Made by a program: the position numbers and the translations under genes. A DNA stretch of 64,000 bases from a virus. The notes beneath the pieces are model-generated. The model worked only from the letters and a program-made list of their open reading frames with translations. It searched no databases and was not told the origin of the DNA. Shown in pieces: positions 58,860 through 64,000 of the stretch. How positions within the stretch are numbered: the first letter of the stretch is position 1; the number at the start of each line of letters is the position of its first letter. The stretch lies in IMG/VR virus record IMGVR_UViG_3300032265_003945, positions 14,265-78,264 of that record; one strand, written 5' to 3'.

Positions 58860-61349
58860 TCACAGCTTGTCACCGCTCTTTAAAAAACAAGACAATTGAC
58901 TGTAAACATTTGCCATTTTAATTATCTTTCTTAATTTATTTTGAGCCACTTTATTCATTTCAATGGAAGAAGGATTAAATTCTGGACGTAATAAGTCCAA
59001 ATAATCTTCTTCATTAAAATCACTATAAGGCTCGTCTACATCAAAAGATCTCGGATCTTCTTCCATTTCTCCTGATCCAAAGCTAGAGCTTGATAATTTA
59101 TTATATTCTTTACCGCAAATAAAATATTTTATATTCCAATCTTGCTTTAATTTTTGAGCTAAATTAGCATAAAGATTATCTAAATTTAAATTATATTTTT
59201 TGATTAAAGAAAAATTAGCTTCAACATTATCTAAAATATACCCATTATCTTGAGGGACATAATGAAAATAACTTTGAGCAATAATTTGATTTTTATTTTT
59301 TAAGGTCAGCACTCCGGCTAACGGGTTAATAAAACTATCGATCATTGCCTGTTCGCCCGCTCCGCCAGGAGCTTGGCAACATTGAGTCGCGGCTCCAACT
59401 GTAAAGTGTTCAACGCTTTTATCAGGCAAAACTTCAAATCGTAAACCATTTTCTAAATTATAATTTAAATTAAATAATTTAGAGTCCTTTAGTTTTGCTT
59501 TTTCAATATTTTCAGAAATTAATTTTTTTGTTAAAATTATATTAATAATATTATCTACTTGATAAATTTTTTCTTTAAAAGAAAATGGAATCGGAGCTGA
59601 ACGAGCCACTATTTCTCTAATTTCCATTAAATTATGTCTAAATTGATCAAAATTAATATTGTAATGAACCAATAATGATTTTATTTTATTTTGATGTTCT
59701 TCAATTTCTTTATCAATACTAGAATTTATTGCCACATTAATAAATTTATTTACCAGATCTTGATCTAAATCCCATTTAGATTTTAACAATGATAAATACA
59801 AATCTGTATCATATCCTTCAAATTTAAAATCCATAGATTTTTCATCTACTTCCGGAATATCATATCCATGGTTATGAAAAATTCTGTTAATAATTTGGCT
59901 TCTTTTTTCTAAAGAAATAATCTGCTCATCAGATTTTATTCCTAATTTTTTTATCGAGGCAAGTAATAAATTAAAATCTTTAGAGAGCTTCCCGTTAGTT
60001 AATAAAGTAAATTTTAACAAATCCCCACTGATCAACATGCCGAGATTGATAGGCTTAATATTTTCATGATAAAATTGAATAAATTGATTAAAAAGATCAT
60101 TGTTATTTTTTAAAATATTACATAAGGTATAACAATTTAAATCTTCAAAATAATTATTAATATAACGATAAAGAGTTTTATATAAATTTTTTATTAATTC
60201 ATTTTTTTGTAAAGAAGATGTGTAAGATATTTTATTTAAAAATAATTGTTTTTCAATAATATTTGAATCAAGGTTTTCTTTTACAATGTCTCTGTATGAA
60301 GTTACATTGGATAACACCTCTCCTCGGTGTTCTTCGCTGTTTCTTAGAGCTTGTGCAATATCTTTATCATTTTTACAAACTGACATCAAAAAATTTAAAT
60401 CCCCAGAGGCGACTTTTTCAAAATCAGATACTGGAAAATTTTCTAAATTATATTTTTTGTGAAAAATGTATAATAAATTTTTATTTATTATAAAATTTTT
60501 TTTGTCAGATAAATAATTTGTTAAATTTTCTACGTATTCTTGACTTATCTCCAAAGCATAAAGAATATGGATTATTTGCCTTATTTGTCTTTTAAGAGGG
60601 TAATTATATTCTTTAAATTCAGAAAATTTTAATAAAATATCTTGTTCAATATATTTTGATTGATATGAAGCTATATCGTTAGTGATCATTATAAATTCAT
60701 TAATACTATTATTTAAATTTGAAATTTTTTCAAGTAATTTTTTACGCTGATCAAAGGTTAGGGAACGTTTGGCGTCAGATAATGCTACTGATAATTTATA
60801 GGCTTGATTTATATAAAATAAATATTTTAAATAAATTTGTTCAATTTTTTGAAATTTTAAAGTAAATTCTTTTTTAAATTTAATTAAATTATTTAGTTGG
60901 ATTTTTAAATCTTCATTAATATCTTCTTTATTTTTTATAATTTGTAAATATTCTTGAATTTCTTGGTCTTGAAATTGACGCTCTTGTATTTTTTCTTTTA
61001 TTTCTTTTTCATTTTCATTTAAATTTATATTAGATGCCTCGTCTAATTTAGAATATAATTCTTCTAATAATTGGCTTTCTCTAGATCCATTGACAATAGG
61101 CTCGTTAATCCGATCAAATATAATATAATTTAATGATGTTGCAAGAGATTTATCTTCATTAAGATATTTAATAATTTTGCTTCCAATTATATCAAAATTT
61201 TGATAATTTAAAGATTGAGTATATAATTCAGATACGTAATTTTCAAGATTAAAAGGGGCGGATTCTTTTGGTGACTCTGAGTCTTTTTCGGAGTCATGAA
61301 TAACTTCATTTGCTATTTTTTTTAATAAATAAAATCTATGCTTATTCAT
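58860..61349 (-). CDS. Large protein with KIA leader and C-terminal CCQ (PcfJ/GNAT-like?) domain
   Basis: 829 aa; VGAATQCCQAPGGAGE..IIAQSYF..ILDNVE; the fold call is tentative. Confidence 0.55.
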   Translation of the reverse strand: MNKHRFYLLKKIANEVIHDSEKDSESPKESAPFNLENYVSELYTQSLNYQNFDIIGSKIIKYLNEDKSLATSLNYIIFDRINEPIVNGSRESQLLEELYSKLDEASNINLNENEKEIKEKIQERQFQDQEIQEYLQIIKNKEDINEDLKIQLNNLIKFKKEFTLKFQKIEQIYLKYLFYINQAYKLSVALSDAKRSLTFDQRKKLLEKISNLNNSINEFIMITNDIASYQSKYIEQDILLKFSEFKEYNYPLKRQIRQIIHILYALEISQEYVENLTNYLSDKKNFIINKNLLYIFHKKYNLENFPVSDFEKVASGDLNFLMSVCKNDKDIAQALRNSEEHRGEVLSNVTSYRDIVKENLDSNIIEKQLFLNKISYTSSLQKNELIKNLYKTLYRYINNYFEDLNCYTLCNILKNNNDLFNQFIQFYHENIKPINLGMLISGDLLKFTLLTNGKLSKDFNLLLASIKKLGIKSDEQIISLEKRSQIINRIFHNHGYDIPEVDEKSMDFKFEGYDTDLYLSLLKSKWDLDQDLVNKFINVAINSSIDKEIEEHQNKIKSLLVHYNINFDQFRHNLMEIREIVARSAPIPFSFKEKIYQVDNIINIILTKKLISENIEKAKLKDSKLFNLNYNLENGLRFEVLPDKSVEHFTVGAATQCCQAPGGAGEQAMIDSFINPLAGVLTLKNKNQIIAQSYFHYVPQDNGYILDNVEANFSLIKKYNLNLDNLYANLAQKLKQDWNIKYFICGKEYNKLSSSSFGSGEMEEDPRSFDVDEPYSDFNEEDYLDLLRPEFNPSSIEMNKVAQNKLRKIIKMANVYSQLSCFLKSGDKL

Positions 61350-62397
61350 GACGGCTTATTTTTTTAAAATAATAAATTCTTTCATCTCTAGACCATTTAA
61401 TATCTCGATAAGCGCCTGCTTTTAAACTATCTTGATATTGTTTAAGATACTGTTTTATTTTTTCTTTTTCCTTTTCTTTTAGTAGTGATGGTAATCCCAA
61501 TAATCTATTTTCATAATTTTGATTTAATTCTTGATCTACCCAATCACTAATTTCTTCCGGGCTCATCATTTTTAATCGATCATTGGATACACTAGCTAAA
61601 TGAGATAAAATTCCAGACATAAATTCCGGATAATCATTTATTTCATAAAATTGATCTTCGCTCATTTGATCAACTGTTTTTCTTTCTATAAAAGAATAAA
61701 GAGCGGAGTTAATATTTTCTCTAATCTTAGATGATTGCAAATCTCGCATTTGTTGAATGAATTTTTCTTTTTCTTCAATCACTCGATACGCCTCTTCTTC
61801 GGAATAAAATTTAGTTCCAGGCAATGAAATATCTGTTTGCTTGGGAAGAGCGCTTTCTAAGCGAGAATTTCCACGGAGAAAAGGGTTATCAGAAATTCTA
61901 TAATTAGGTTGACCTTCACTAATTACATCCGTTTTTGATTGGTTTAAAAAATGATTGATTTCTTTAATTAATGGATGAACTAATTTTTGAGCTGATTCAG
62001 GGTCATTTATATTTATTAAATAAATAATTTGATCAACTTCTTTTACTAAATTTTCTATCCATTTTTTTATTTTTCTTGCTCGGTGAAATAATAATAGACT
62101 GGTACAGCATTCTGTTAAATCTTTATCTAGCTCAAATCTTTTAGGGAAATTTTTTATTTCCGGGGGAGAGTCATCTAATAATATTAAAAAAGATTGTAAA
62201 GATTGTAAATTTTCTTCTAAAGTAGAATATTTGGCTCGATCCCTTACTCTATTAATAAAGTTTAAACTAGATTGGCTGGGAGACCAAACATCATCCGTTT
62301 TTTCAGGTGATGAATCAGGAAATAAATCGCTTGGCAAACGATCTCTTGTCATTTCATCTGCTATTTTTTTTAATAAATAAAATCTATGCTTATTCAT
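61342..62397 (-). CDS. Hypothetical protein with the same KIA leader
   Basis: 351 aa; its first 13 aa are identical to those of the downstream gene. Confidence 0.6.
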   Translation of the reverse strand: MNKHRFYLLKKIADEMTRDRLPSDLFPDSSPEKTDDVWSPSQSSLNFINRVRDRAKYSTLEENLQSLQSFLILLDDSPPEIKNFPKRFELDKDLTECCTSLLLFHRARKIKKWIENLVKEVDQIIYLININDPESAQKLVHPLIKEINHFLNQSKTDVISEGQPNYRISDNPFLRGNSRLESALPKQTDISLPGTKFYSEEEAYRVIEEKEKFIQQMRDLQSSKIRENINSALYSFIERKTVDQMSEDQFYEINDYPEFMSGILSHLASVSNDRLKMMSPEEISDWVDQELNQNYENRLLGLPSLLKEKEKEKIKQYLKQYQDSLKAGAYRDIKWSRDERIYYFKKISRHE

Positions 62398-62398
62398 A

Positions 62399-64000
<1,602 letters not shown>

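Noticed and set aside
3926-60493. Numerous short antisense or overlapping ORFs in the track (e.g. 3926-4123, 16264-16524, 23080-23424, 56602-56883)
   Set aside because: They are shadows of long genuine genes, with no SD or recognisable motifs.

Overview
This AT-rich 64-kb window is the virion-morphogenesis region of a large contractile-tailed (myovirus-type, probably jumbo) bacteriophage. Most genes are on the minus strand. In transcription order they are: collagen-like fibre, major capsid protein, head-tail/neck proteins, a second fibre, holin, giant beta-helix spike/fibre, tail terminator, sheath, tube, tail chaperones with a -1 frameshift, tape measure, tube initiator, hub, spike, gp25-like wedge, baseplate J and a further wedge gene cut by the window edge. 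Many free-standing HNH and LAGLIDADG homing endonucleases are interspersed. An accessory block (about 39-62 kb) holds SET-domain genes, a J-domain protein, two paralogous DNA methyltransferases (one fused to a LAGLIDADG), a DUF2156-like transferase, tRNA-Ser(GGA), a myxobacterial-style lipoprotein, a 2H phosphoesterase and a kinase/ART gene split by an IS607 element. Two signals stand out. (1) At least seven unrelated enzyme-like proteins share a short K-x-A tag, also present internally between two domains, suggesting a capsid-targeting/protease-cleavage system for packaged effectors. (2) The tripeptide DGY is strongly enriched in outer virion proteins, and the region also encodes a kinase whose catalytic loop looks tyrosine-kinase-like. 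All assignments come from visual motif recognition and synteny; no database searches were run.
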